From NCBI GenBank assembly GCA_019828565.1, contig JAHDYR010000012.1:992001-1056000 (forward strand): a DNA stretch of 64,000 bases, read 5' to 3'. The notes under the pieces are model-generated. The model did not search any database and was not told the origin of the DNA. It saw only the letters and a program-made list of their open reading frames with translations. This stretch comes from Carpediemonas membranifera BICM (lineage: Eukaryota > Protista > Fornicata). Shown here piece after piece: positions 1 through 11,843 of the stretch; the stretch's first letter is position 1; each line of letters starts with the position of its first letter. Both the position numbers and the translations under genes were made by a program.

Positions 1-981
1 AAGTGGATGCCCTTCGACAAGCACGACTGGACTGAGCGTCTCAGCGACTTCGCCGCTGCCCTCGAGAAGTGGTCGACCCGCCAGTTCGGCATCATCGACG
101 AGAACGACGTGCCCTTCGGCAACCCCGCTCTCGTTGTCGACAAGTCTCCCAAGCTCTACATCTCCGGCAAGCAGGTCGCCGCCTCGAGCAACTACGTCTA
201 CCAGTGCAGAACCCCCACTGGTGAGGTCATCGGCCAGATCGCCGAGTCCACCTCCGGCGACGTCGCCAAGGCTATCGACGCTGCCCACAAGGCTGCCCCC
301 GGTTGGGCCAAGACCGCGCCCCACATGCGCGGCCAGCTTCTCTTCGACATGGCCGAGAACCTGTCCTACCGCGTCGAGGAGTTCGCCAAGCGCATCCACA
401 TCATGACTGGCCGCACGATGGAGTCCTGCACCGCCGAGGTCGAGAAGGCTATTGAGCGCCTCTTCACGTACGCCTCCTGGGCGGACAAGTGGGGCGGTCG
501 CGTGCAGGAGGTGCCCGTGTACGGCCTCACCGTGACCGTCAACGACCCCATCGGTGTCATCGGCATCGTCTGCCCCGAGGAGTACCCCCTGCTCGGCTTT
601 GTCTCCAGCTTTGCCCCCGCTGTCGCCCGCGGTAACGCTGTCGTTGTTGTGCCCTCCGAGGCCCACCCCCTCAGCGCGACCGACATGTTCCAGATCTTCG
701 ACACCACTAGCGTCCCCGCTGGCGTGATCAACGTCGTCACCGGCGGCCAGGCCCAGGCCTCCCGCGTCATCGCTGCCCACGAGGACCTTACGATGATCTG
801 GCACTTCGGCGACGCCGAGTCCGCCTTCTTCGTCGAGTACCTCGCCCATGACAACTGCAAGCGCACCTGGTGCGCCCACGGCGTCCAGCGCGACTGGATG
901 GACAACGAGCAGGGCGAGGGCCTCGAGTTCCTCCACGAGTCGGTTGAGTACAAGACCATCTGGATGCCCGCTGGCATCTAA
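1..981 (+). CDS. Aldehyde dehydrogenase family protein, ALDH16-like C-terminal domain (5' truncated by window)
   Basis: The frame is open from the window edge. ALDH motifs: KLYISGKQ, PIGVIGIVCP, ARGNAVVVVPSE, PAGVINVVTG, C-terminal KTIWMPAG. No typical catalytic Cys segment, as in the second domain of ALDH16. Confidence 0.85.
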   Translation, partial: KWMPFDKHDWTERLSDFAAALEKWSTRQFGIIDENDVPFGNPALVVDKSPKLYISGKQVAASSNYVYQCRTPTGEVIGQIAESTSGDVAKAIDAAHKAAPGWAKTAPHMRGQLLFDMAENLSYRVEEFAKRIHIMTGRTMESCTAEVEKAIERLFTYASWADKWGGRVQEVPVYGLTVTVNDPIGVIGIVCPEEYPLLGFVSSFAPAVARGNAVVVVPSEAHPLSATDMFQIFDTTSVPAGVINVVTGGQAQASRVIAAHEDLTMIWHFGDAESAFFVEYLAHDNCKRTWCAHGVQRDWMDNEQGEGLEFLHESVEYKTIWMPAGI

Positions 982-1713
982 GGCACGGATCGTTTATACA
1001 TAAAAAGTTTAGGTTTACGACTGGCTGCTGTGAATCAGCTCTTCCCTGCAGCAGGGTGCCCGCGATGAAGGGAAACTGGAGATTGAGAATGATATGGTGT
1101 ACAGCTCCTGTCTTGCCTCCGCCCGACTGATTGAGGCCCGGATCAGAACGCTGGCCAAGACGGCCGAGCTGGTAGGCGAGTCAGAGCCGAGGAGTAGGAG
1201 AGGCGCTGTATGTGCTGTCCATACGGCAGGCGACATTGCAATCATGGCAATCATCAACCTGGCTCGGCTGCCGGACTGACCCGCGTCTGTGACACCGCAA
1301 TCCTGCGAGAGCTCTCTGAGAGAGACACGCGACTTAGGGTCTCACAGAGTGCATGCTTTGAATGCGCAAAACGTCGTCCTGGCTTGTGCAGATTTCGTGT
1401 TTATCATTGATCAATCACCATGCCTGCTTCATCACAACACGCCTGCCACAAGACACGACCATTCAGCCACAGAATTCTGCACACCAGCCATGGGTGACCT
1501 TGGCTGTGATGGATTGCACCCAGCGTAAACCTGCACATTGCAACCAAACATGCCGCTCAGACCACTGCGCCAGTGCCCGGATGACCCCCTTTACCATCTA
1601 GGTCTGGCCAGTGGAGTCGTACAGTCGCGTTAGGATGGCATATGCGGGTCCGCTCGGCACTTCGATGGCTCAATCTTTTTTCATGCCATGAAAACTGGCG
1701 AGCCCAGAAGGAA

Positions 1714-2802
1714 ATGTCGGCAGCTCGTTTGAACATAGATGGGAGCTCAGATCCGTCTTATCGTTACAAGATGGACGCTTTGGAGACCCACCAGCGTGGC
1801 CGTGGCAACGGTAGCTGGACCAGTCTCACCAATCTCGATAAGGTGGCCATGGATTTGAAGATAGACGTCGATTTCCTCTTCAAGTTCTTTAGTTTCTTCC
1901 TTGATACCGCTACAAAGATCACTGACAAGACCCTCGAGCTGAACGGCCACCACGAGAAGGCAGACCTTCAGGCCGCGCTCCAAGTCTTCATCAGGCGCTT
2001 TATTCTGTGCTCTGGCGAGCCTCATGGTTGTGGGAAACCCGAGTTGACTATGATTCTCGAGGGCAAGGACATCATTTGTGATTGCAGAGCTTGCGGTAAG
2101 CGTCGGCGCATTGAAGACAACAAGAAGAAGTCCGAGAAGGACAATGCCAAGATGCTGAAGATGCTCAGCTACTTCCACAAGCCCATGAACAAGAGCAAGT
2201 TTGCCACCCACGACGGCATGCGCGAGGCGGCCACTGAGTCCGACGACGCCGTGCTGCAGGACCCCGTCACCCGGCTCCGCGAGGTGCTCGACCTCGGCGC
2301 CAAGCCCGTGCTCTCAGAGATGAGGGCGATGAGGCAAGACGGCTCCTTGAAGAAGCGTGATCGGCTGCCCCTCGTGGTCGCTGCGGTGTTCAACGCCGAC
2401 CTGCTGGCGCCCAAGGAGACCATGGAGGACGAGGACGGCGACACCGTCGAGTGCAACGCCCTCCAGAAGCACGCTGACCTGCTCGACCTTCTTCTCGAGT
2501 CGACGGAGATGCAGTTCGTGTTGCTGCGGTCGTTTGAGCTGCTCATCATGAAGTTCCGCGAGGACCTGCTCAACCCCCGCAGCGTATGCGGTATCCTGGG
2601 CATCCTCCACGAGGAGGGCCTTGTGGACGAGGACGCCATCATTGAATGGTCCAAGAGCAACAGCCCTATGGTGCCCCGGGCATTCCACGCGGAGGTCGTC
2701 AACCACGCTGACCAGTTCGTCCAGTTCCTGGAGGAGAGCGACAGCGAGGACGACGAGAGTGGCGATGAGGAGAGCGGAAGCGAGTCTGGTAGCGACTGGT
2801 AA
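1714..2802 (+). CDS. EIF5: Translation initiation factor eIF5
   Basis: DPSYRYKM, GRGNG, zinc ribbon (C..C-G-x-PE...CRACG), C-terminal W2 domain with acidic tail. ATG at 1714 chosen by homology. Confidence 0.92.
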   Translation: MSAARLNIDGSSDPSYRYKMDALETHQRGRGNGSWTSLTNLDKVAMDLKIDVDFLFKFFSFFLDTATKITDKTLELNGHHEKADLQAALQVFIRRFILCSGEPHGCGKPELTMILEGKDIICDCRACGKRRRIEDNKKKSEKDNAKMLKMLSYFHKPMNKSKFATHDGMREAATESDDAVLQDPVTRLREVLDLGAKPVLSEMRAMRQDGSLKKRDRLPLVVAAVFNADLLAPKETMEDEDGDTVECNALQKHADLLDLLLESTEMQFVLLRSFELLIMKFREDLLNPRSVCGILGILHEEGLVDEDAIIEWSKSNSPMVPRAFHAEVVNHADQFVQFLEESDSEDDESGDEESGSESGSDW

Positions 2803-2870
2803 ATAAGCGGTGAGACACTATTTATGTTCATTATTCCAATACATGCGCCATGCATGTATTGGAATTGGAA

Positions 2871-3887
2871 ATGGCAAACGTCCACAAACGACGCCGAAAG
2901 AACAAGCAGGCGCAAAAGGAGGCGCGTCGTGTGTTTTTTGAGAAGAAAAATGTGTTGGACGAACCTGAAGTTCCCGTGAGCGAGCTCCTGTCGCCTGAAA
3001 TGAAGTTCGAACCGATTGCCATGGAGAATGAGCTCCGCGAGATTCAAATGCACTTTGCAGCTGACAATACGCCATCATCCGACGAGGAATTTATGCAAGT
3101 CTCGGACGAAGACGCCCCTGCGCTATCCAGGAAACAGCTGCGCCGCCAGAGGGCTGACCAACTGCCCCTCCTGAAGGCCGCCACGTCCCGCCCAGACCTT
3201 GTCGACACGGCGGACGTCACGGCCCCGGATCCCACATTCCTGGTGCACCTTAAGGCGCTCCCTGGTACGGTTCCTGTCCCCCCACACTGGAAGTCCAAGC
3301 GCCGCTTCCTCGCAACAAAGGCCATGCGATCCAGCTACCAGCTTCCTCCCAGCGTCGAGGCCACCGGGGTTGGCCGAGTGCGGGCCCACGCCCTCGAGCA
3401 CGAACGCACGGCATCTGCTGCCCAGCTGGCACGAGAGAGGGTCCGGCCAAAGATGGGGAAGCTCGGCGTGGACTACCAGATCCTGTTTGACGCTTTCCAT
3501 AAGCACAGGTACACGCCTCGCCTGACCCGCGCCGGCGATGTCTTCTATGAGGGCAGGGACAGCTTAAACCGGGAGGGCTCCCGCCGCTTCACCCCGGGTG
3601 TGATCACCCGGGCGCTACGGGAGGCACTCGGCATGGACAAGACGTCCCCGCCGCCGTGGCTCCACGCGATGCAGCGCAAGGGGCCGCCCCCAGCATATCC
3701 GCGCCTATGTGTGCCCGGCGTCAACATGGACATCCCTAAGGGCATGCCCGCTGGCTACGGGACCCACGGATGGGGCGCCCGGCCGACGAGGAACGGGGAG
3801 CCGGTATTCCTTGAGCCTGGGACGGAGCAGCGCCGTGAATACTACCGGGCGGTCCATCATGGCTGGGCGGACTATGTGTACGCCTGA
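2871..3887 (+). CDS. SF3B2: Splicing factor 3B subunit 2 (SAP145/Cus1), compact form
   Basis: DVTAPDP, VPVPPHWKSKRRFL, RVRPKMGKLGVDYQILFDAF, PSP motif PPPWLHAMQRKGPPPAYP. Confidence 0.93.
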   Translation: MANVHKRRRKNKQAQKEARRVFFEKKNVLDEPEVPVSELLSPEMKFEPIAMENELREIQMHFAADNTPSSDEEFMQVSDEDAPALSRKQLRRQRADQLPLLKAATSRPDLVDTADVTAPDPTFLVHLKALPGTVPVPPHWKSKRRFLATKAMRSSYQLPPSVEATGVGRVRAHALEHERTASAAQLARERVRPKMGKLGVDYQILFDAFHKHRYTPRLTRAGDVFYEGRDSLNREGSRRFTPGVITRALREALGMDKTSPPPWLHAMQRKGPPPAYPRLCVPGVNMDIPKGMPAGYGTHGWGARPTRNGEPVFLEPGTEQRREYYRAVHHGWADYVYA

Positions 3888-4129
3888 GGTGAGGACACTG
3901 CTTTGTCAATACATATTGATACCGTCACCTTAATTAAACACCCGACGAGCCCGGGGGATGGTCATCAGGTCAGGACATCATGTGTTACAGTCGGCGGAAC
4001 TGACCGACAGACTGGCGTATCACGGACAGTCGCGGCGTGCCGTGTGTGGGTGATCCCACGGACTAGGGAGGCACGGCACCACATAGTCAGGACCCCTTGA
4101 GCTCTGCAATCATGCATAAACCTGGCCAA

Positions 4130-4348
4130 GATGCGCATCCCCGACCTCGAGACGATCACCCGCAAGTTCAAGGAGGAAGGCCTCTCCCTCGTCGACTACT
4201 ACTGGTACATCGACCTCCGCAAGTACGGCGGCTTCCCCCCGGCGGGTTTGGTGTCAAACTCGGCCGCTTTATCTGCTGGCTGTGTGGGATCGGCCACATC
4301 CGCGACGTGACGCTCTACCCCCGCATCCAGGGTCGCTGCAAGCCCTAA
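4130..4348 (+). pseudogene. Asparaginyl-tRNA synthetase C-terminal fragment, frameshifted
   Basis: MRIPDLE...[12 protein letters not shown], then in a shifted frame [31 protein letters not shown] (class II motif 3 of eukaryotic AsnRS). No upstream synthetase sequence. Confidence 0.85.
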
Positions 4349-4447
4349 GGAGTGATCGTTCCGGTGATACCTGATTACCGGAGCTATATTTCTTTATTAA
4401 ACTGTCATTTCATAGGGCGATCGGCGTCATGACAATGTCGGCATTTA

Positions 4448-5471
4448 CTAAGCTGTCGGGCTGACGGCAGCCTCGTGCTCTGGCGACCCCAGCATATCCG
4501 CGGCGGCCTGCTCGAACTGGTCACGACCGGCCTTTGGGTAGCGGTGGAGCACCGTAGGCTCAACACGGTGGAAGTCCTCGAGCGGCGTGTCGTCGTGCTC
4601 GGGCGCCTCGGCCTGGCGCCGCTCGTCGATGAAGCGGTTGACGTCCCACTCGCGCTTGCCGCCGTAACGGACCGGGATGGCGTTCTCGTCCTCGAAGAGA
4701 AGGTCGAACGCATCGAACGAGTCGCTGACAACGCTGTGGTACTTGAGCATCTTGCTGAAAAGCATGGGCGCCAGCTTGGCCATGGGCTTAAGCAGGCCGT
4801 GCGGCTGCATGTACACGATGGTCATGTTGAGACGACGGGGGTACAGCTCGCGTGTCAGCTTCAGCGTGCGTGTCTTCAGCAGCAGCAGGGTTGAGGGGTG
4901 CCGCAGGAGGGGCCGGAGCAGGGGGCCCAGAGGCTTGCCCTTGCAGTCAACCAAGCACTGTGTAAAGGGTTGTGCCGTGACTCACGGTAAGGGGCGCCAT
5001 GTTCCTCGGGTACGTCCGGTCGATGTATTCGCAGAGATAGACCCACGCGAGCACGCTGCTGAGAACCTCAAGTCTGCCCAGATCGACGTCGACGATGCTG
5101 ACGGTGAAGGCGGGGCTCCCCATCTTTGTCAGCCCGAGCGGCAGGTAGCCCAGCTTACGGACGGCCTCACCGATCTGGGCAATGTTGAGATCATCAATGT
5201 GGTAGTCCTCGCGGAGCTGGCTTGCTCGCTTGAGACTTGCGATGGCCTTTTTGACGTTGAGATCGTTCGACCTCAGGTAGCGCATCACAAGGCATTCGCG
5301 GTCCTGCTCGGCCAGATGAGCGGGCCAGTTGATGCTAGCTCCCTCCAGGGTGGCCCAGAACTGGACAAGCTTCTCGCGCTCGACGCGGGTGAAGGCGTCG
5401 AAGCGCCCATTGTCGGTGGCGAACACGCCGTGCTCAATGCGCCTAAGTAGATTCAATTTCTTCTCTTCCAT
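4448..5471 (-). CDS. CRAL-TRIO (Sec14-like) lipid-binding protein, 2 exons (intron 4958-4985)
   Basis: CLVMRYLRSNDLNVKKA, LYPRRL, IPVRYGG motifs. Removing a 28-nt GTGAGT...TTTACACAG intron joins two ORF-track frames (MAPLT|CLVDCKG). Confidence 0.85.
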
Positions 5472-5643
5472 ATTGTCTAAACGTCGTTTCAGTCCGCAAA
5501 CGCCATTCGTAAGGCCAGTAATGGCGTACAGCAAACTGAGCTGTACATTTACGGTTCACATAAATCGACTGCCCCCGACAGTCGAACCGGCACAGGAACA
5601 ATGATGTCCCACTCCGTTCCAGCAAACATGCGCGGCTCAGAAT

Positions 5644-6576
5644 TTATTCATCCAGGACTCTCCCCACACTCGGCTTAAAGGCCGTAATGTCCATTGACGT
5701 GACGAAGTCGTGAGCAACGTGGCCAGCCGGCAGACTCGACGCTAGCTTGAGGTACAGCGGGTCGCCGCCATCCACAAGGGCATCAATGTACCCGTCGTTG
5801 GACACCAGCCTCGCGTCGGTCAGGCCGGCGTCACTGAGCATCGCCCGCAGATCGCCCAACTCCGACGCCCCTGCCAGACAGCCCACCAGCGAGTCGACTG
5901 AGGCCCTGATCTCTGCGGGCAGCGGCCTCAGGAGCACAGTGTCACTGACGGCGACCCTGCCGCCCGGCCTAAGCACGCGAGCGACCTCAGACCACACGCG
6001 GGGCTTGTCGGGGGACAGGTTGATGACGCAGTTCGAGATGACCACGTCTACCGAGCTGTCCTCAACCGGAAGCTGCTCGATCTGCCCCTCCCTGAACTCG
6101 ACGTTGTCCAGCCCCGTCCTGACCCGGTACCCCGTTGCGTTGGCCCTTGCACGCCTGACCATGGCGGGCGTCATGTCTACTCCGATGACCCTGCCCGTGG
6201 GCCCCACCTTGGGGCCGCACAGGAAGGCATCGAACCCCGCCCCGCTACCGAGATCGAGAACAACCTCACCGGGACGTAACGCTGCAATGGCGCCTGGATT
6301 TCCGCACGAAAGACCGAGGTTGGCGCCTTCGGGCAGAATCTGTGCCAGCTCGTTCTTGTCATAGCCGAGAGTGCTGGCGAAGGCGTCAGCGGACGGTATA
6401 ACATGGCAGCAGCAGCGACCCGCCTTCTTCGGTCTCTCTGAACGCAGAACCTCAGCATACTTCTCCCTGACAATTGCGTGCACGTCGCCCGGCTCGATCT
6501 TACCCTCCTGTGGACGTTGGGAAGTCGTATCGGTGTCTTCACGTCTGTCAATAGACAACTCAGTCGTTCTTTTCAT
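5644..6576 (-). CDS. arsM: Arsenite S-adenosylmethionine methyltransferase (ArsM/AS3MT family)
   Basis: N-terminal CCC, NLGLSCGNP, VLDLGSGAGFD, GVDMTPAM, VISNCVINLSPDK, GCLAGA. Confidence 0.9.
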   Translation of the reverse strand: MKRTTELSIDRREDTDTTSQRPQEGKIEPGDVHAIVREKYAEVLRSERPKKAGRCCCHVIPSADAFASTLGYDKNELAQILPEGANLGLSCGNPGAIAALRPGEVVLDLGSGAGFDAFLCGPKVGPTGRVIGVDMTPAMVRRARANATGYRVRTGLDNVEFREGQIEQLPVEDSSVDVVISNCVINLSPDKPRVWSEVARVLRPGGRVAVSDTVLLRPLPAEIRASVDSLVGCLAGASELGDLRAMLSDAGLTDARLVSNDGYIDALVDGGDPLYLKLASSLPAGHVAHDFVTSMDITAFKPSVGRVLDE

Positions 6577-6679
6577 GCTATCTGCGGCGTGTGATGCGCA
6601 ACAACCGATTATCGGCGTTTGTCATGTCATCGACAGTCAACGACAGTCAAACACAGCACCAAAGTTTACTCTCACGGCC

Positions 6680-9600
6680 TCAACCCTTGCCGAGCTTCTT
6701 GGCGAGCGACTCCATAGCCTTCCCGAGCTCCACGCCCTGCAGGAGCTGGGCGGCGGGGTGGTCGAGTAGGGGGGACGAGAACAGCCACACGACGTCGTGC
6801 TGCTTGATCACGCCGGCCAGCTCGCTGTACCCCGTCTCCGTGAGGTACTGCTGCTCCATGGCGTCCTTGATGAAGGGGATCCGGTTGCGGCTGTTGGTGA
6901 AGGGCGGCACCTGCGCGTTCCACAGCCCGTCCACAGCATGTGCCACGCGGAACACAAGCGGGCCGTCGCGGGTCGGGTCAGTCAGCAGCGACACGAAGAA
7001 GTGCGCAACAGTGCTGACGAGACGCACCTCCCGCATCGCCGTGTCGTCGACTTCCTCGGCCCCCGCATCCCGCGGCTCCTCCTTGGGCTCGACCGGATCT
7101 GGCTCCCGCTTTCCGAAGGTGATCTTCTTTTTCTTCGGGGCTGGCACCGCGACGGCCTTCCTCTTTGGCTCCCGGCCGATGAGCTTCCGGAACGCGTCCT
7201 GGGCGGGCAGGTCGGCCTTATCCTGCTCGTAGACGCTGACGTCGCCCGAGAGGCAACAGCAGCAGGACCCTCCTGCAAGACACACTGGGCATGAGAGGTG
7301 CCGCGCGGGGTCGAGTCGGGTGAACTTGGGGGTACCGTCGTCGTCTCGTATGGCGAGATAGGGGTGTGCAGCGGTCCACAGGTCGATCTCCACCTCCGAG
7401 AGGTACGCGTCCTGCTGCAGGAAGTCAACCTGCTGCCGCCGCGCCGGGTGGAGTAGCTCCAGCCGCTCGGGCGTCAGCGGCGCGTTGAGGCTGACCCTGC
7501 TGGGCCCTAGCAGCACCGTCAGCGCCCTCGTCACACCGTCGTCCATGGCGGGGGTCGAGTGGAACGGGCCCCGGCGGGAGTCGTTCGGGTGCGGGCTCCC
7601 GGCCAGATACGTGATGAGCCAGGCCAGCACGGCGACCCTCGCCCGGGACCAGACGGACTGGGCCACGTCGGAGAGATAGTCGTCGACGGCGGGCGGCAAA
7701 GTCCCTATCGACTCAACAACTGGGGTAATCAAATGATTGGTGACCGCAGCGTCGTCCATGGCCTTTGCGAAGGGGCCTGCGCCAGAGTACACCGCCACAA
7801 GGGCCATACAGTGGATAGCAGCAGCCCGCACCGCCTCGGAGTGGTCTGGGGCCAGGTAGCGGACGAATGGGCGCTGGCTGACCATGGTCACTGCGCTGGA
7901 CATGTAGTGGGCCAGGGTGTCGAGGGCCGACACTGTCAGGACGTTGTTCGCGGACCCGGCGACCGAATCCCGGGCCAACGCGTCCATCACCGCGCCGACG
8001 AGGACCGTGGCGGCCGTCTGGGGCATCGCCTCGGTGTCCCCGGCCAACCTGGCCTCCAGATAGGCACGGGCCTCGGCGACATCGTCCGGGGGTCGTGTGA
8101 GGTTGGCCATATCGCGGATGATCTCGGCCTCGAGTACCGCGGGCGAGTACGGCGGCTCGGCGACGCGGGCGTGGTCGAGCTTCTTCGTCATGAAGCGGAT
8201 GACGGCCTCCGATGTCTCTCCGTCGACGTCCCGACAGAGCGAGATCGCCTTCAGCAGGGCCCGCTGAAGCGCGTACTGCCGCATGTCCCCGCCGCAGCAG
8301 GCGAGTCGGGCGGGTGGCGTGGCTGTTGTGCCTGAGATGAGCACAGCCGAGTAGACCCCGATGAGCGCGTCGACGTACTGCGAGCCAGTCCGCTCGACGT
8401 TACCGATGTGGGCGATCGCCAGGGCTGCCTGCTCCTGCAGCTTGAAGTGCGCTTCTGACACCGCGTCGACGGTCGACCCGTTACCGATAAGTATGGCCAG
8501 CAGCGTCTGCACCACCCCGGGGAGACCGGTCGAGTCCGAGAGACCGTGTCGCGCCGCGTGGTCACTGTATGCCGCCAGCCGAGACGTGTTGGCGTTGCTG
8601 GTGCCGACCGCCTCGATGCCCCTGCGGCCTCTGATCGACGGCAACTGAGATCCCCGGCCGGCGAGCTCGGCGACTGCGGCCATCTGGTGTCGGAGGTCGG
8701 AGCTTACGTGTAGCTGCTGCACGAGGTAGTGTGTCGGGAATCGGGGTCTGAAGTTCGTCAGGGGCGCCATGACATTCCCCGGGTCGAGCTCGACCCATAA
8801 CACGGGCGAACGGTTCACACGATCGCACTCCTGCAGGATGAGCGTGGGGACGAGGCCGTCGGCGTGCGAGTGGATCTTGTCCTTCCGCTTCGAGCTGCAG
8901 AGCTGGGCGCGGTACGTGACCCTATCCTGCGGTGTGACCTCGACTGGTGTGGACGACGACCGGGCCACGTCGTACATGTGAAGCGTCAGGGGGATGGACA
9001 CGTTCTTGCCCGCCGTGTTGAGCCCGTGCTCACGGATGACGATCTCCGCCTGGTTCTTGTTCTCGGCCGCGTCAAACCACACAATTACCTCGGGCGACGG
9101 GATTGACGACAGCTGGCGCCATACGTCCTTCAGCGGCTGCTGGTCGGTCGTCTGCACCGTGTACCGCAGCTTCTTGTCGAACTCCTCGATGGTGACCATG
9201 CCGGCCACTGCGGACGTGACCAGGTCCGCCAGCAGCGCCTGCACCCCCCGCCCCGCGACGGAGGCCCTGTTGTTGACCATGGTCATCAGCATCGTAGCCC
9301 TGGCCGCATACCCCGCCCTGTGCGACGCCAGGATTGGCCAGGGCAACGTCGTCCGCAGCTGCTTGTCCAGGGCGTGCAGGTTCAGCCCGGATGCTGTCAG
9401 CGCCGTCAGCCGCACCTTGAGCAACCAGGCGTCGGCAGTGTTTTTGCCGAGGGTCTGCTCGATGTAGTCGGCTGTCAGGAAGCCAACCGCGCCCTCCAGC
9501 ACCCACTGGGCACGGGAGTCGGCGTGGAAGCACACACCGAACAGCTGCCGCGCCACGGCCTGATAGATCGTCACCGCGGTCGTCGGCTGGGTCTCGGGCA

Positions 9601-10632
9601 CGGTCATGTCGCACAGGGTCGAGGGGGGCAGCAGGATGACCCCATGGGCCGACACGGCCGCCAGGATCGTCGGCACGATGACCATACGGACTGCCCGGGC
9701 GGGCGGGGGCGCTGACACGGCCCTCTCGAGATGCTGCATGGCGTCGAGCCCGGTGTGTGCGGTGATGGCGAGCTGCGCCTCGGTCACTGGTAGGGCCGCG
9801 GGGCAGGCCATGATGACGCCCGCCTCCCTTGTTGGGTCGCCCGCCCTCGTCCCGCCGTACGCCTCGTTGCGGGGGTCGGCCCAAATGGACAGCCGCCCGA
9901 CGACGACGGCGACGTCCGAGGGGTGCACGAGCGTGTCCGTCTGGTGGGCGAAGGAAGCAGCGGTGCCCTCGTGCTTGCGGCCTACCAAGTCGCCAGTGGC
10001 GATGGTGACCATGCTGCTGTCGTGTCGCGTGTTGACGCGTGCCACGGACAGCGGGGCGGGCCCGGCAACACCGACCGTGGGAAACCACGTCGGGCCCGCC
10101 TCCGTGCCGTGGGCGATGAAGAGGCGGTCCCACTTCCCGTCCGTGCCCACGAAAGAGTGGAACTCCGCAGCGCCCTCTGGGTCCGCGCACCCGAAGTAGA
10201 CGCGGACGACAGCCTTGGTGCGCGGACGGGACGGCTGTACGGGCACCCCCGTCAGCTGGAGGGTGTGCGTGCCGTGCTGGCGGTAGTACTCAGAGCGCTT
10301 GATGTATGTGTCGTGCATGCCGAGCAGCGTGCGGTCTGGCTGGCCGCCCGCATTGTCGGTGAAGGGCAGTGTCTTGGTGCTCGTCGCAAGTTCGTTGTCC
10401 AGCATGATCTTAAGGATAGCTATGTGAAATGATTGCTTGCAAACGTACTTGTTGATCCGCCATAGATGACGAGCGTCGTATCCGTCGAGGGGCGAAGGAT
10501 CGTGTATTCAACGTAGCCGCGGTACTCGTTCTTCTTGAAATTCACATCAAGGTAAAGAACTGCTGCTGGTGGATCAATCTGCTTCGCTGCAGCTGGCGCA
10601 GCTGGCGTATTTAATTCAGCTGGCAGCGGCAT
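6680..10632 (-). CDS. TAF2: TFIID subunit TAF2-like (inactive M1 aminopeptidase fold), 2 exons (intron 10420-10448)
   Basis: TWFPTV, QAVARQLFG, WVLEGAVG, SPVLWVELDP, HFKLQEQAALA segments; no HEXXH. A 29-nt GTACGT...TCACATAG intron joins the 70-aa and 1241-aa ORFs in frame. Confidence 0.75.
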
Positions 10633-10785
10633 TGCTGACTACATCGATTTATCGCAGCGACAGTAAATCACCACGGGCTGTCCCGAGCCTCTGTCCAGTC
10701 CAGCTTGCCGGTAGGCTCGTCTTTGGGGCGCAGCAGAGTGATTGGGACGTGGACTTGACAAGTTTCAGAAACCAAAAACGCATAG

Positions 10786-11703
10786 ATGGCTCCAATCTCC
10801 TCGCCGCGGGTCAGATCCCCACGATCATCATATGTGAAGGAATACGCTCGTCCAAAAGCGTCATATATCGAAACTTTTGGTCAGAGCAGCAAAATAGCGG
10901 CCCTGGCGTCCTCACTTGGCGTCAGCGTCCCAGGGATCCTCAAATATGAGCAGAGGAGACCAACAGCGTTGTCTAATGGCATGCCGGCATCGAAGTATCC
11001 TACGTTTGACATCAACACCTGGATGAACCTGCAGTTCGCCCGCCTCTCCGCCTTCAGACCCTCCGACCGCGTGCTGTGCCCAGACTCCAGGCCCGCCCAG
11101 AGCAGGGACAGCCTCAGGGCGTCTGTGCTGGAGGGAAGGGCCGTGATCCGCATGCTGATGGACCTGCGGGCCGAGGCCTTCGCCCTGCAGTCATCGCTCA
11201 GGGACGCCGTCAAGGTCGAGGGCACACTCCTCGAGGCAGAGGTCGGCGTGGGCAACCTCGCCACCCAGACCGACGTTGACCGGGCCACGCTTCAGGACCT
11301 GACGAGCGAGGCCTTGGACGCGGCGGACTCGACGGTGGCCGGGTGGGCCCGACAGCGGGCGACTCTGGAGGAAGAGCGGGACGCATGTCAAGCCCTTGTC
11401 AGCCGCACCGCCGAGCGGCTGGAGACGCTGCGCCAGAACATGGACACCTACACCGTGGAGGCTGCCCGGCTGAGGGAAATAAGGGCCAGCAGCGCGTACA
11501 AGCTCGCCAAGGAGCTCGAAGACCTGCAGCAGGACACAGCCAAGGCACGGGCCCAGAGCTCTACGGTGCAGGCCAACGTCAGCGAGAGTAAGGCCCTGGT
11601 CAGCGCTCAGGCGACGAAAACGGGCGTCAGCATGGGGGTTATTGTCGGCGTGGTTGGCGTGTTAGTGGGGCTGCTCGCCATCATCCTCGCCCTGGTCCTG
11701 TAA
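10786..11703 (+). CDS. Tail-anchored coiled-coil membrane protein (SNARE/golgin-like topology), function unknown
   Basis: Long heptad-rich region and a single hydrophobic C-terminal helix VSMGVIVGVVGVLVGLLAIILALVL*. Confidence 0.7.
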   Translation: MAPISSPRVRSPRSSYVKEYARPKASYIETFGQSSKIAALASSLGVSVPGILKYEQRRPTALSNGMPASKYPTFDINTWMNLQFARLSAFRPSDRVLCPDSRPAQSRDSLRASVLEGRAVIRMLMDLRAEAFALQSSLRDAVKVEGTLLEAEVGVGNLATQTDVDRATLQDLTSEALDAADSTVAGWARQRATLEEERDACQALVSRTAERLETLRQNMDTYTVEAARLREIRASSAYKLAKELEDLQQDTAKARAQSSTVQANVSESKALVSAQATKTGVSMGVIVGVVGVLVGLLAIILALVL

Positions 11704-11843
11704 CATAATCAGCGAGAGTGAGTAAAATTCGTAAACTCCAACGGTATGAGCCCGCATGCTCCGATTGACGAGACTGCACCTGACCGGCCCCGGTGGGCGA
11801 GCAGACGACTCGCCGAGCTCGGCCACAAATCCCTATCACAAAT

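Noticed and set aside
1015-1640. Short ORFs in the gap between ALDH and eIF5
   Set aside because: No motifs or consistent codon bias; possibly a decayed gene but not supportable.
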